Source: Ranitomeya imitator
Taxonomy: Eukaryota
Length of the DNA stretch: 64,000 nucleotides
Assembly (NCBI RefSeq): GCF_032444005.1
Contig: NC_091290.1
Span: 57,722,001 to 57,786,000 of the forward strand
Direction: 5' to 3'
Below the pieces are notes generated by a model, which did no database searches, was not told where the DNA came from, and saw only the letters and a program-made list of their open reading frames with translations. Positions within the stretch are counted from its first letter, which is position 1. The number at the start of each line of letters is the position of its first letter. Positions 44,827-58,155 of this stretch are shown here, piece after piece. The translations under genes and the position numbers were made by a program.

Positions 44827-46401
44827 CCGTATATGCTCGAGTATAAGCCGACCCGAGTATAAGCCGACCCCCCAAATTTTGCCACAAAAAACTGGGAAAA
44901 CTTATTGACTCGAGTATAAGCCTAGGGTGGAAATGCAGCATTTACCGGTGAATTTCAAAAATAAAAATAGATCATTATTTCCCCATAGCTGTGCCATATA
45001 GTGCTCTGCACCGTTCATTTTGTCCCATAGCTGTGCCCCGTATAGTGCTCTGCACCGTTCATTATTTCCCCATAGTTGTGCCCCATACTGTGTTTGGCAC
45101 CGTTCATTATTGCCCCATATCTGTGCCCCATATACAATGCTCTGCACCGTTCATTTTGTCCCATAGCTGTGCCCCATACTGTGCTCGGCACCGTTCATTA
45201 TTGCCCCATATCTGTGCCCCATATACAATGCTCTACACCGTTCATTTTGTCCATAGCTGTGCCCCATACAGTGCTCTGCACCGTTCATTGTGCCCCATAT
45301 CTGTGCCCCATATAGTGCTCTGCACCGTTCATTGTGCCCCATAGCTGTGCCCCATATACAGTGCTCTGCACCGTTCATTGTGCCCCATATACAGTGCTCT
45401 GCACCGTTCATTGTGCCCCATAGCTGTGCCCCATATACAGTACTCTGCACCGTTCATTGTGCCCCATAGCTGTGCCCCATATACAGTGCTCTGCACCGTT
45501 CATTGTGCCCCATAGCTGTGCCCCATATACAGTGCTCTGCACCGTTCATTGTGCCCCATAGCTGTGCCCCATATACAGTGCTCTGCACCGTTCATTGTGC
45601 CCCATAGCTGTGCCCCATATACAGTGCTCTGCACCGTTCATTGTGCCCCATAGCTGTGCCCCATATACAGTGCTCTGCACCGCTCATTGTGCCCCATAGT
45701 TGTGCCCCATATAGTGCTCTGCACCGTTCATATTTCCCCATAGATGATCCACATAATCTGTGCCGCTGCTGCTGCTGCAATAAAAAAAAAAAAAACACAT
45801 ACTCACCTCTCTTGATTGCAGCTCCCAGCGTCCGGTCCCGGCGCCTCCATCTTCCCGGCATCTCTGCTCTGACTGATCAGGCAGAGGACGCCGCGCACAC
45901 TATACGCGTCATCGCGCCCTCTGACCTGAACAGTCAGAGCGCAGACGCCGGGAAGATGGAGGCGCCGGGAAGATGGAGCGACGCCCGGCGGCTGGAACGC
46001 GGACAGGTGAATATTACATACTTACCTGGTCCCAGCGATCCTGACGCTCCCTCTGCCTGGTCTTCGGTGCCGCAGCCTCTTTCTCTATCAGCGGTCACCG
46101 GCACCGCTGATTAGAGAAATGAATACGCGGCTCCACCCCTATGGGAGGTGGAGCCGCCTATTCATTTTTTTAATGAGCGGTCCCACGTGACCGCTGAAGA
46201 GGGGAAGACGCTGCAGCACAGAAGACTGTGGGGCGGCAGGGGGAGCGCCAGGATCGCTGGGACTAGGTAAGTATGCCTCATTCCCTCACCCCCTCACCCG
46301 CCGACCCTGCCACCCACCTTGACTCGAGTATAAGCCGAGAGGGGCACTTTCAGCCCAAAAATTTGGGCTGAAAATCTCGGCTTATACTCGAGTATATACG
46401 G
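44827..46401. mobile_element. Tc2/pogo-type MITE with internal ~46-bp minisatellite
   Basis: TIR ccgtatat(g)ctcgagtataagccga / tcggcttatactcgagtatatacgg, TA TSD; repeats at ~44985-45740. Confidence 0.85.
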
Positions 46402-47358
46402 TAATTAAAATGGTCCATGGCGAATACATCTGCGAGACCGGACCTATTCATATCCTTATGAGGACAAGAGAAAAGAAGTAGGACTACTTGATATGATGTC
46501 TCTAATAAAGCAGAAGAAAACCGTATTGAAAACAAAACACCCAACAACACACACAATTAAAATTAGGATAAGAAATATTACTCAGTGGAGAATACTAAAC
46601 AACTGGGGAACACAATTTTTTAAGAGTTAGGTCAGACAACTGTTCTTAATTAACTTTTGGATGCTGAATTCAGAAATGATCTCAGTTTTTTTTCTATCAC
46701 GTCAAGTTTTTGAACTATAGGATTTTTGTCTTCTCAAAACTATGTAAACTACTGTACCTAAAAAGTGTTTTGTTTTTTTTTAATAGTACAAATATGAACA
46801 AAAAATGAAATATATAAGAAATAGGCATGACAAAGTTGTGACTACTCTTACAAGTTGCCACGTAGCTCTATATGAGTCGAATTGTAATCAGATAACAAGT
46901 CTTATTACAGATATCAGTTCAATTGTGCTTCTCTGGCAGGTAAGTTGTGGAGGAAAAACTTGACGTGCTAGAAAAAAACTGACTACATTTTTGGAATCAG
47001 CATGCCAATTTTAGTATAAATCAGCTCAAAAACCTAACTCAACAGAAATTTTTTTTCAAATTGTTCCCCTGTGTTATAGAAATGCAGAAAAGCCTGTGGT
47101 TTCATTAAGGCCTTGGGGGACCATGGTTCTCAATAAATAGATCCATCGGCTCTTTTTGCGCCAACATTTTGCCAAGGTTACCCCCCCTAAAGCCCAAGTC
47201 TACGTGATCTATGGCTTGAATTTTTAGTTCACTCGGATCACAATTGTGGTATAATGTAAAGTGCCATAGAAGAAGATGTCAATGAATATCTCTCTACAGA
47301 AAATAACAGATGGACAATGACAAATATAGATTGAGAAAGAAAAAAATATGAAACTTAC

Positions 47359-47790
47359 TTTGCCAAAGCTGCCTCTACCCAAGACCTTATGGAATGCAAA
47401 GTTGGTCATGTCAAGCCTGGCGTAAGGGCTGGATGTTCCGGTGTCTCTGCTGCATCCAGGTGTTGGTTCTCCTTCCTCCAATCCATTGTTTTCCACCTCT
47501 CTCCTCTTCTTCCTGAATCCAGCAGTGGTAATACTCTCCTCTTCTCTCTTCCTCTTCTCCTCTCTCTTATCCTCTCTCTTATCCTCTCTCCTCTTCTTCC
47601 TGAATCCAGCAGTGGTAATACTCACCTCTCCTCTCTTCCTCTTCTCCACTCTCTTCTCCTCTCTCCTCTTCTTCCTGAATCCAGCAATGGTATCACTCTG
47701 CTCTTCTCTCTTCCTCTTCTCCTCTCTCTTCCTCCTCTCCTCTCTCTTCCTCCTCTCCTCGCTCTCTTCTCCTCGTCCAGTAGGCGCCAT
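47359..47790 (-). CDS. PKC/AGC-like kinase, exon 1 (charged low-complexity N-terminus plus Gly-rich loop)
   Basis: MAPTGRGEESEERRKREE...FAFHKVLGRGSFGK|gtaagt; 432 nt, phase 0. Confidence 0.8.
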
Positions 47791-50579
47791 TCTCAGTAAT
47801 CTCTTCCCGCCTGCAGACCTCGGTCCAATCACTTCAGCCGACAGTTGAAAGTAAACGGTAGTTGGTCGTGTGCAGGTGACCAGAGGTCAGAGGTCACGGA
47901 ACCCTCAGGTGGCTCCTGCCAGGCAGCGGCTCCTGCCCTGCTCTGCCCTATACACTGAAATGTGGGCATCATGGGTGACAGTTTAGGGTCCAGAGGAACG
48001 GCACAGAACTTCATGGCGGCTTCTAGTGCTGTTTTTAAATTTCAGACTACATTCTTTTTATCCACAGGCACAGAGATGTGATCATATGCCAAGAATACAT
48101 AAAACACACAACATACTATAAAATCCCAGCTCTTCCCATTACTAATGTAATTCTAGGGTTTCCATATATTTAATAAATGATTCCTTTTATCTTTCACATT
48201 ATAATATTATTTCTCCTCTATCGCGATTACTAGAGATTATATTTTTTAAATATTTAGGAACCTGTGTGTCATTTCCTTTACACTTCACAAACACTTGTTA
48301 CCTTGTGTTGGTATCACATCAATTCCCAATAAAAAACATTTCAGTTTGTTGATGTAACGTGAATATATGTGTAAAAGTTCATGGGGTATGAATACTTTTT
48401 CAGGGCACTGTATTGCCGGCCATTTTCTGCAGTGCTTTACTAATTCTCTTTCCATCCTTTATTGCATTGATATCAGAGCCTTTTGCACTTATTGAGTATT
48501 TGTTCCTATTATTGCATTTTTCCTGGGCCCTCCTGCTCTTATTGTCAGTATGGGGTCGGTTGTCCTTTCTGTCCATGACTTGGGACATGGATTGGTCATT
48601 TTACGCACGTTGATGTGTTTATAGGTTTTTGTAGTCTGTGGATTTGTTCTGCTTTTTTCTCGATAGCGTTCGCAATAAAGCTATCCTAATATTTATTTGG
48701 ATGCCCTGATCCTTGGTTTCTCTCTTGTTGACAATATTCTAACTGCGCATTTTTGGCCGGCACTCGGGTCTTTATTTAAGTTGCACCCACCCAAGCACAA
48801 GGCCGAACAAAAATACAATCAATTTAATTTCTGTGTACACTGTGCATAAGCAGAAAGCTGCCAATCAGTGGTGGTGTGTGGTTATATAGAGCTCATGAAT
48901 ACGGAGGACTACCTGGCAGCAGTTTTACTAGTCCTCTAGTGATAAAAGAATGATTGTTTTAATCAAAACTATAGCAATCAGCTCAGTAAGTGACACATCA
49001 CTGGAATCAGGGTCTCTGTCTTTACATCATGCAGCTATCAGATTAGGTAACAAAAACCTGGTGACAGATTCCCTTTAACATATTAATAAAAAAGACTAGA
49101 CAAGGTTATTTGGGATAAAGAAAAGGCTCACAATGTTTATTAAAGGTTGCTTAAAACATAAATTAATAAGTCAATAAATATTAAACATCCTAGAATAAAT
49201 TCATCAGTCAGTAATCAAATAAATAATCAACTGTAACGATCAAAAATGGACCAAGTCCTCCCAGCCTTAGCTAAATAATGGGCATTGCAACAAAATAGGG
49301 TGGGCCAGCAGGTTGCTGGTGACTTGCTGTGCACGGACCACCCCGGACATTGGCGAAACTGGGCCTGTTATGCAGAAATATTCTCACCGTTACCAATAGT
49401 TCACCAATCAGGGTAAAGATGCATCTTCCTGTGCAATTAACAGAATCTTCCAAAACTTGGTCGTGGAGGACCACAGCTGAGAAAACATTGACTCTCAACT
49501 GATAAGTACCATGACGGGAAAGAATAAGGGGGAAAACCGAAAAGGAAAGGGAGCACAAATACAGCCAAATTATAGCTACAATTCTTAAATATAGAATAAT
49601 ATTCTAATGCTCCTGTGAAACTATGTGTCCCCCACTCTGCGGGCCCTTGACATCAGTGTCTTACCAGAAGTTGCTCCTGCTATCTGAATGATCTGTTCAC
49701 CCTATGTTTTTGCCTACTTGACACTACAGATGAAGTACCACCTATCACCAGGTCCTGTGCCCAACTTCTACTACCTCATCTGAAAGAATCCACCTGTTGA
49801 GTTGGGTTTTACTACTTAATTACAAGGACTTCCATGTGTGACATTTTTATGGACTCCAAGTAGAGAGCGATTGACAGTGACAGATTAAGTGTTCCCAGGC
49901 CAAGCCCTTGAATCCCACAGAAAACTCAAACTTTGAGCCTAATGCCGACAGACCCATCTATTGCTACAAATAAAAAAAGAACAATGGTGCTCCTCTAAGT
50001 TAGTATATCTCACAATAATAAGGTTGCACAGAAACTTTAGACAAGTGTTCACCTTTAGGAGTTGTTGTAGGGTTTAGGCACAACTCTAATGAAGCATATT
50101 AGATCCTTTCTGAGCTGAACTTTCTCATCAGAATCCACGGCCAAGAAGCGACCTTTCCGTAAGATAAAAGTTGCAAAATGAGGTAATTGGGTGCAAAGGA
50201 TGGTGGAAGATGGATAAGTATTGGCCATGGATACAAACGAAAATATTATATTGATAACAGGCAACACATTTCAAAAGTGGACTGATATCGGGACCCATGA
50301 AGAAAGGTCCAAGAAATGTTGGACACACAAAGGGACTCAACTTTAAGATCCTCTCACAATGGTCCAAGATCCCTGCTAAATTACATTAAATGTTCGAGTC
50401 ATTCTCGTACTTGTGTTGATGGTGGGCTTCAGCTCCAGATTCAGTTTTATATGTCTGGTGGACCTGATCTCGTATATGTCTATTATGGTACTAGATCTCC
50501 TGACTAACCTCCAAATGATTCCTGATGTTCCATGCTCCCCGGTACTTTTATACTTGCAACGCAACAAATTATTCCCAAA

Positions 50580-51300
50580 CTATGTGTCATGCAGCTGCAG
50601 TGCAGTACAGCACAACCTCCACCAGGGGGAACCTGGTAGGGAAGCCAGACTGCACACACAGAGCAACTGAACAGACGCCACCTAGTGGCGAGAGCGAGGT
50701 CAGGAAAACCAAGTCAGAGCACAACCGTACAAAAGGATTTAGACAGAATGAATAGTCAGGACATAGCAAGGGATCAGTAAACCAGGACGGGCAAAATACG
50801 GTACAATAGGGACAAACAGAAACGGAGTCAAAAAGCCAAGCTAAGAGATCAGAACCAGGGAGTCAAGCAGATATACAGACAAACAAAGAGACACTGGGAA
50901 AGGGCAGGCAGGGGGGAGATAACAGACACAGGACAAGTCAGGGTTCACAGTAGGACAAATCAAGGGCTTCCAGAGTCAGGTTCTCATGCCAAAGACAGAG
51001 CATTGTGAGTGTAGCTCAGGCCCCGCCCATAGGGCAGGGGAGCTTTATATATGAGCTGCCCCTCAGCAATTGGCTGGGGACAGCATTTAAAGTACACACC
51101 CTAACCCTGATAAAAGCAGGGGAGGTGTGGCCGCGCACGCCCTAAGCACACACAGAAACCATTATAGCACACAGTGCAGGATCTGAGGCTCAGGGCACCT
51201 GACTGAAACTGCATGCACTGAGCCATGTGGAAAGTCATGCACCAGCCGCAAATGACCACAACCCGCGGACAGCTTCACAGCAGCAACCAGGGACCGCACA
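50580..51300. mobile_element. Probable LTR remnant
   Basis: Purine-rich LTR-like composition with TATA-like tttatatatgag; termini not resolved. Confidence 0.35.
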
Positions 51301-52070
51301 TGAGGAAGGTATGCAGCAGGGTAAATACCTAAATGCCCATGTACGACTGCGCAGCAGAGCAGGGAACTGAGAAGGCTCCATTCAGGTAAAAGCCAACAGT
51401 ATCCTAGCTCAAATTAGGGGGAAAAGAGTAAAGGGTTAAAGCAAACATATGCATTGTCACGCCGAAAACCAGAGACAGACAGAACGGCATGACACTATGG
51501 AAATCTTTATCACCCCCTTTCAGGCTTCTATGGGTTAATGTATTAATGTGCATGGAGGAGAGTAAAGCTGGTAATGAAAATAGAGCAAAATACATCTTTG
51601 TCATCTGGCATCCTTGGTCAGAGATCTTCTCCCATCTTCTCACCCTGGTTGACAGGAAGTTCTCCCTGTCATCTTTTTTTACCACCTTGTCTTCTTTTCT
51701 GTTTTGTCCTTTCCTTTTCTTTATGCCTTTGTTCCCATTATCTGAGATCCTCCACATAAAACAGATTACCTTTAATTAGATTTAAAAAAAGAAAAAGTTT
51801 TTGATCCATCAATGTCTGATAGACTTGCGTCACATGCACAGCTTGCTCCATTCATTTTTATGGCAACTCTGAAAATTGACGTTTTCAAAGTAATCATAGA
51901 AATAAATTGAAAGAACGCTCGATCTCTGACATCAATGCATTGCAAAATTGTAGAAAACATGCATACACTGTGTATATAACTTAATAATTACAGTATATCA
52001 CAAGTGAGTACACCCCTAACATTTTTGTTAATATTGTATTATATCTTTTCATGGGACCACACTGAAGATA

Positions 52071-52780
52071 CAGTGGGGAAAAAAGTATTTGGTCAGCCAC
52101 CAATTGTGCATGTTCTCCCACTTAAAAAGATGAGAGAGGGGCCTGTAATTGACATCATAGGTAGACCACAACTATGAGAGTCAAAATGAGAAAACAAATC
52201 CAGAAAATCACCTTGTCTGATTTGGCAAGATTTATTTTGCAAATTGTGGTGGAAAATAAGTATTTGGTCACCTAAAAACATGCAAGATTTCTGACTCTCA
52301 CAGACCGGTAACTTCTTCTTTAAGAGGCTCCTCTGTCCTCCACTCATTACCTGTAGTAATTGCACCGGCTTGAACTTGTTATCAGTATAAAAGACACCTG
52401 TCCACAACCTCAAACAGTCACACTCCAAACTCCAGCTATCGAAGAAAACCAGAAACAAAATTGTAGCCCTGCACCAGGCTGGGAAGACTGAATCTGCAAT
52501 AGCAAGCAGCTTTGTGTGATGAAATTAACTGTCGAAGCAATAATAAGAAAATGGAAGACATACAAGACCACTGATAATCTCCCTTGATCTGAGGCTCCAC
52601 GCAAGATCTCACCCCGTGGGGTCAAAATGATCACACGAACGGTGATCAAAAATCCCAGAACCACATGGGTGACGTAGTGAATGACCTGCATAGAGCTGGG
52701 ACCACTATAACAAAGGCTACCATCAGTAACACACGCTGCCAGGGACTCAGATCGTGCAGTGCCAGACGTGTCCCCCTGTA
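52071..52780 (+). mobile_element. Degenerate Tc1 5' half
   Basis: TA + cagtggggaaaaaaagtatttggtcagcc terminus; broken N-terminal transposase (RNKIVALHQAGKTESAI). Confidence 0.7.
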
Positions 52781-52789
52781 TAAGCCAGT

Positions 52790-54340
52790 ACATGATAAGG
52801 ATAGGAGGACAAAAGGAGCAAACTGATTTTATCTAGTAAAAATATCATGTCATTTATTATTTCATAGAAACGGTAAAATGTTACAACAATATATAAAGCA
52901 ACATCAACAATGTAGATTGCTATAAACCCCATCCACACCTATCACCACCCCACAAAATACACTTTTGATCCCTGGAAAAATGAATATGAAGGTCCAAAGA
53001 CCATAAGACAGTGCATAATAACGTGGGCATACAGGAAGCAACATGCATAAAAACCGGGAGTATAGTAACACCCGTCTATCTAAGATCAAAAAGTGCAATA
53101 GTGCATATCAGAAAGTGCAGTGCTTACCAACGGATGAGTGGGAACAAGGAAGGGGGTAGATGGAGGATCGACGCGCGTTTTGCGGCGACTTAGGGCCGCT
53201 TTCTCAAGGGAGTGTCTAGGGTCCCTGTAGGACCTTCAAATAACCCTATGAACCTAATCACATGGCCAAAAACGGCCAATCAGGACGGCTAGAGTCGGCG
53301 CATGCGCACTGCGGCCGTCAGGTCCTGAACTGCGGGCAGGGCGTCATGGAAAGTGCGCACGCGCTGGGGGTGATCCCATAAAGCAGTGCACACCATAGAG
53401 ACGTCCACCCGCAGACAGAAAGCAGCGGGTCGCAGTGCGATGCGCACAGCCATCGCAGCATGTGAAAGAGGCAATGACCTAGATGGCAAGAGCGCTGTGT
53501 AGCAACAAGAAGCATAACTATATATAACATCACAAAAATCATTTATAAATAATGGGTGTTCAGATCATCCAACGTCGCTGAGATGGCTGTAATACTCCCA
53601 CATATTATGGTAAACGTCCAAGGCAATTTTCGGTCCGTAGCAGGGGCCCAATAGAGAAATATGCGAAGGCACTATAGATCAGCAAAGTCACGAACGCTAA
53701 ATGGAAAAAATATGTAATATTAAAATAAATATTTAAAAAAACACTAACACATCCACCGGGGGTAAATAGACATGGGGGCATTATGGGAACAGGAGACCAA
53801 ACCTGAGGCCAAATATTAGGAGAACTACAAAAAATGGGCAAAACTTAGAGATTCATTGAGGCCATTCGGTATCATGGTATCCAATTGGACGATCCATCTG
53901 TGCGAGAGGTTTTTTGTTGATCCATTCAGAATGTTTCGTTCAGTCTGCCATGCTTCTTATCTATCACGGCAAGGATCCTTCACTAACTACCATGCCCCCA
54001 CGGTAGTGTAATACCGGACTGTCCGCGCTCCTTATAGCTGATGGATACAGTTAATGGACGCTCGGCTTTGGGGCCAGTAATTACCTTCAAAAGGAAAACC
54101 TTTTTTGCTTGAGTAAAATATTCCATATCGGGACCGGTTCTTTTGCTGGGTGATCTCTGGTTTCAATAGATGTTTTAACAGATTTCTCACTGATTATAAA
54201 CATGTAGTGTTGTAAGGTTTATTAAAGAAATATATTTTTTTATATTTATATTACTAATATGTCTCCCTATCCTTTCTTGAGGTTGATCTTTCTGTTAGGT
54301 TAATCGTACAGTGGCTGTTTTCTCCTCCACATGGTGTTTA
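52790..54340 (-). mobile_element. Second PLE remnant: GIY-YIG C-terminus followed by pseudo-LTR
   Basis: 53899-53825 encodes RWIVQLDTMIPNGLNESLSFAHFL* (same motif as RWIYELDTLKPKGLN); hammerhead motif downstream on the same strand. Confidence 0.7.
53165..53210 (-). ncRNA. Degenerate minimal hammerhead motif (U3-A8, G12A)
   Basis: UUGAGAA a gcggc(cctaagtc)gccgc AAAA cgcgcg UC; palindromic ACGCGCGU stem III; stem I poorly paired. Confidence 0.55.
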
Positions 54341-54561
54341 TACGGCTTCGTTCACCCCTCGGTGTATAGAGCGACAGCTGTAACTTGGCCCTCAGCACTG
54401 ACTGACAGCCAGCTCAGCATTATGGCCGGCTGCCGTGGGCGCAGTTACAGATGCTGCTCTATATAAACAGGTGGTGACTGAGACCGTGCCGACACCTCCC
54501 CTATGACTGAACAAGTGAGCCTCTATTCCTCCCAGCAGCAGGGCTCTCAGGACACTATTAA

Positions 54562-55468
54562 CCTCTTTCTGACCTCGGACGGGATAGTACGTCCGAGGTC
54601 AGATCCCCTGCTTTGAACATGGAGCGTGGCGCTCGCATAACAGCAGGGACATGCCAGCTTCTAGCCTCTCATGGAGACTATTGAAGCATAGCAAAAGTAA
54701 AAAAAAAAAATGTTTAAAAAAATATGAAAAAAAATATAAAAGTTTAAATTACCACCCTTTCTGCCCCATTCAAAATAAAACAATTAAAAAAATCAAATAC
54801 ACACATATTTGGTATCGCCGCGTTCAGAATCACCCGATCTATCAATAAAAAAAGCATTAACCTGATCGCTAAACGGCGTAGCGAGAAAAAAATTTGAAAT
54901 GCCAGAATTACGTTTTTTTGGTTGCCGTGACATTGTATTAAAATGAAATAACGGGCGATCAAAAGAACATATCTGCACCAAAATGGTATCATTAAAAACG
55001 TCAGCTCGGCACGCAAAAAATAAGCCCTCACCTGACCCCAGATCATGAAAAATGGAGACGCTACGGGTATAGAAAAATGGCGCGATTTTTTTTATTTTTT
55101 TTGCAAAGTTTGGATTTTTTTTACCATTTAGATAACAAATAGCCTAGAGATGTTTGGTGTCCATGAACTCGTACTGACCTGGGGAATCATAATGTCAGGT
55201 CAGTTTTAGTATTTAGTGAACCTAGCAAAAAAGCCAAACAAAAAAAAACCATTTCGGGATTGCACTTTTTTTGCAATTTCCCCACACTTGAAATTTTTTT
55301 CCCGTTTACTAGTACACGACATGGTAAAACCAATGATGTTGTTCAAAAGTAAAACTTGTCCCGCAAAAAATAAGCCCTCACATGGCCAAATGGATGGAAA
55401 AATAAAAAAATTATGGCTCTGGGAAGGAGGGGAGCGAAAAAATGAAAATACCCCGGGTCATGAAGGGG
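54562..55468. mobile_element. Non-autonomous TTAA-targeting (piggyBac/Kolobok-like) element
   Basis: TTAA|cctctttc ... tgaagggg|TTAA. Confidence 0.7.
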
Positions 55469-56119
55469 TTAACCTACAGGCTGATGGCGTTGTTTCACAT
55501 GGCAGGCTGCCTTTAAGCTCTGAAAACAATGAAGCACTAAACTACGTGAAAACCAAAATTTGTGTCCGGCTCAAAACTTTTGTCCACAACTGTAAAATAC
55601 AGATGATGACGGTAATGACGGCTTTTGCTTTGTTTTTACATTCACTTTGTGACTGATCTTTGCAAATCGAGGTTGATTGTAATCATAATCACTTGCTATT
55701 AATTATAGTGGATAAAATGGAACTTGTACATGAGCCGGATTAATGATTATTGCCAGTGGATGGAGACTGCGGCCGTCCCTTACTTCTGTGGCAGTGGCAG
55801 AACAGCCATGATTATGGCCCCAGCTCTGCTACTGGTTCTGTAACACCTAACGTCTCCTGCCGATACAAGCAAGTTAGAGACTACCCAGAATGCACCTGGG
55901 TGATTTGCACAACTCTTGGCACCCACATGGTCACATGACCACTGGTATACTCTGATCTAAGTGTAAAGTTCCCGGACATTGGCTTTATAGATGTCCCGGT
56001 GCTGGATGTGAGCGCAGGAGATCAGCGAGCTGTAAGTTTTCTCTTTTATTGCTTTCATGTTGTCTTCTGTCTTGTCATTGTGCATCATTAACTGCATATC
56101 ATTCCCTGAAATACAGATA

Positions 56120-57800
56120 TTCTCCAGTCACTGCCCATCCTGCTCTGATTCTCTCCAGTCACTGCTCATCCTGCACCGATACTCTCCAGTCACTGCCCAT
56201 CCTGCACCGATACTCTCCAGTCACTGCCCATCTTGCACCGATGCTCTCCAGTCACTGCCCATCCTGCACCGATGCTCTCCAGTCACTGCTCATCCTGCAC
56301 CAATATTCTCCAGTCACTGCCCATCCTGCACCGATGCTCTCCAGTCACTGCTCATCCTGCATAGATACTCTCCAGTCACTGCTCATCCTGCACCAATACT
56401 CTGCAGTTATTTCTCATCCTGCATAGATACTCTCCAGTCACTGCCCATCCTGCACCTATGCTCTCCAGTCACTGCTTATCCTGCACCGATTCTCTCCAGT
56501 CACTGCCCATCCTGCACCGATACTCTCCAGTCACTGCCCATCCTGCACCGATACTCTCCAGTCACTGCCCATCCTGCACCGATACTCTCCAGTCACTGCC
56601 CATCCTGCACCGATACTCTCCAGTCACTGCTTATCCTGCGCCGATACTCTCCAGTCACTGCTTATCCTGCGCCGATACTCTCCAGTCACTGCCCATCCTG
56701 CACTGATACTCTCCAGTCACTGCCCATCCTGCACCGATACTCTCCAGTCACTGCCCATCCTGCACCGATACTCTCCAGTCACTGCCCATCCTGCACCGAT
56801 ACTCTCCAGTCACTGCTTATCCTGCGCCGATACTCTCCAGTCACTGCTTATCCTGCGCCGATACTCTCCAGTCACTGCCCATCCTCCACTGATACTCTCC
56901 AGTCACTGCTCATCCTGCTCCGATACTCTCCAGTCACAGTTAATCCTGCACCAATATTCTCCAGTCACTGCCCATCCTGCACCGATACTCTCCAGTCACT
57001 GCCCATCCTGCACCGATACTCTCCAGTCACTGCCCATCCTGCACCGATACTCTCCAGTCACTGCCCATCCTGCACCGATACTCTGCAGTCACTGCCCATC
57101 CTGCACCGATACTCTCCAGTCACTGCCCATCCTGCACCGATACTCTCCAGTCACTGCCCATCCTGCACCGATTCTCTCCAGTCACTGCTTATCTTGCGCC
57201 GATACTCTCCAGTCACAGTTAATCCTGCACCGATACTCTCCAGTCACTGCCCATCCTGCACCGATACTCTGCAGTCACTGCCCATCCTGCACCGATACTC
57301 TGCAGTCACTGCCCATCCTGCACCAATACACTCCAGTCACTGCCCATCCTGCACCGATACTCTGCAGTCACTGCCCATCCTGCACCGATACTCTCCAGTC
57401 ACTGCCCTTCCTGCACCGATACTCTCCAGTCACTGTCCATCCTGCACCGATACTCTCCAGTCACTGCTCATCCTGCACCGATACTCTCCAGTCACTGTTT
57501 ATCCTGCACCGATACTCTCCAGTCACTGCTTATCCTGCACCGATACTCTCCAGTCACTGCTTATCCTGCACCGATACTCTCCAGTCACTGCCCTTCCTGC
57601 ACCGATACTCTCCAGTCACTGCCCATCCTGCACCGATACGCTCCAGTCACTTCTCATCCTGCACCGATACTCTCCAGTCACTGCTCATCCTGCACCGATA
57701 CTCTCCAGTCACTGTTTATCCTGCACCGATACTCTCCAGTCACTGCTTATCCTGCACCGATACTCTCCAGTCACTGCTTATCCTGCACCGATACGCTCCA
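56120..57800. repeat. 31-bp minisatellite (~54 units) ending ~45 nt before the first TKFC coding exon
   Basis: Unit ctccagtcactgcccatcctgcaccgatact; gives the 31-aa periodicity of the 638-aa ORF. Confidence 0.95.
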
Positions 57801-57877
57801 GTATTGATACTCTACTGTGTATTGATGCTATATTTCTTGCACAGGATACATCCTTGCTGTCTGCGGGTGACTGTAAT

Positions 57878-57883
57878 ATGGAG
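57878..57883 (+). CDS. TKFC: TKFC start exon coding part (ATG GAG); exon probably 57845-57883
   Basis: Acceptor cttgcacag| at 57844, ATGGAG|gtatgt donor, 82-nt intron, in frame with the next exon giving [10 protein letters not shown]. Confidence 0.75.
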
Positions 57884-57965
57884 GTATGTGACTTATTTGC
57901 GCCCGCTCTCGCCCATTTCCGCCAGTGTAGATCCATCACTCCTGTGCCGTCCTGTTCTCCCCTAG

Positions 57966-58155
57966 GTCAGTAAGAAGCTCCTGAACTCCATCCCTGGTTG
58001 TGTCGATGACGTCCTCCATGGCCTGGCATCTTGCTGTCCGGGGCTGCGGGTACTTCAGGGTCACCGTGTAGTGCTACGCTCTGACCTTCATCGTGTAAAG
58101 GGCCGTGTAGCGCTGTTGTCCGGAGGCGGCTCAGGACATGAACCCGCACACGCAG
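57966..58155 (+). CDS. TKFC: Triokinase/FMN cyclase exon (VSKKLLNS...[20 protein letters not shown])
   Basis: 190 nt, ag|...|gt, DAK1-domain signature [11 protein letters not shown]. Confidence 0.95.

Larger units (their letters stand above)
41960..46600 (-). mobile_element. Degenerate PLE pseudo-LTR remnant split by two later insertions (pieces ~41960-42838, 44512-44826, 46404-46600)
   Basis: Contains a hammerhead motif, and AT-rich and GC-core composition similar to the 11866-12717 arm; joining of the pieces is inferred. Confidence 0.45.

Noticed and set aside
47389-47848. Plus-strand Leu/Ser-rich ORFs resembling membrane proteins
   Set aside because: Antisense shadows of the purine-rich kinase exon 1.
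49080-50580. Possible LINE/PLE remnants
   Set aside because: Only weak peptide resemblance; family and boundaries unsupported.
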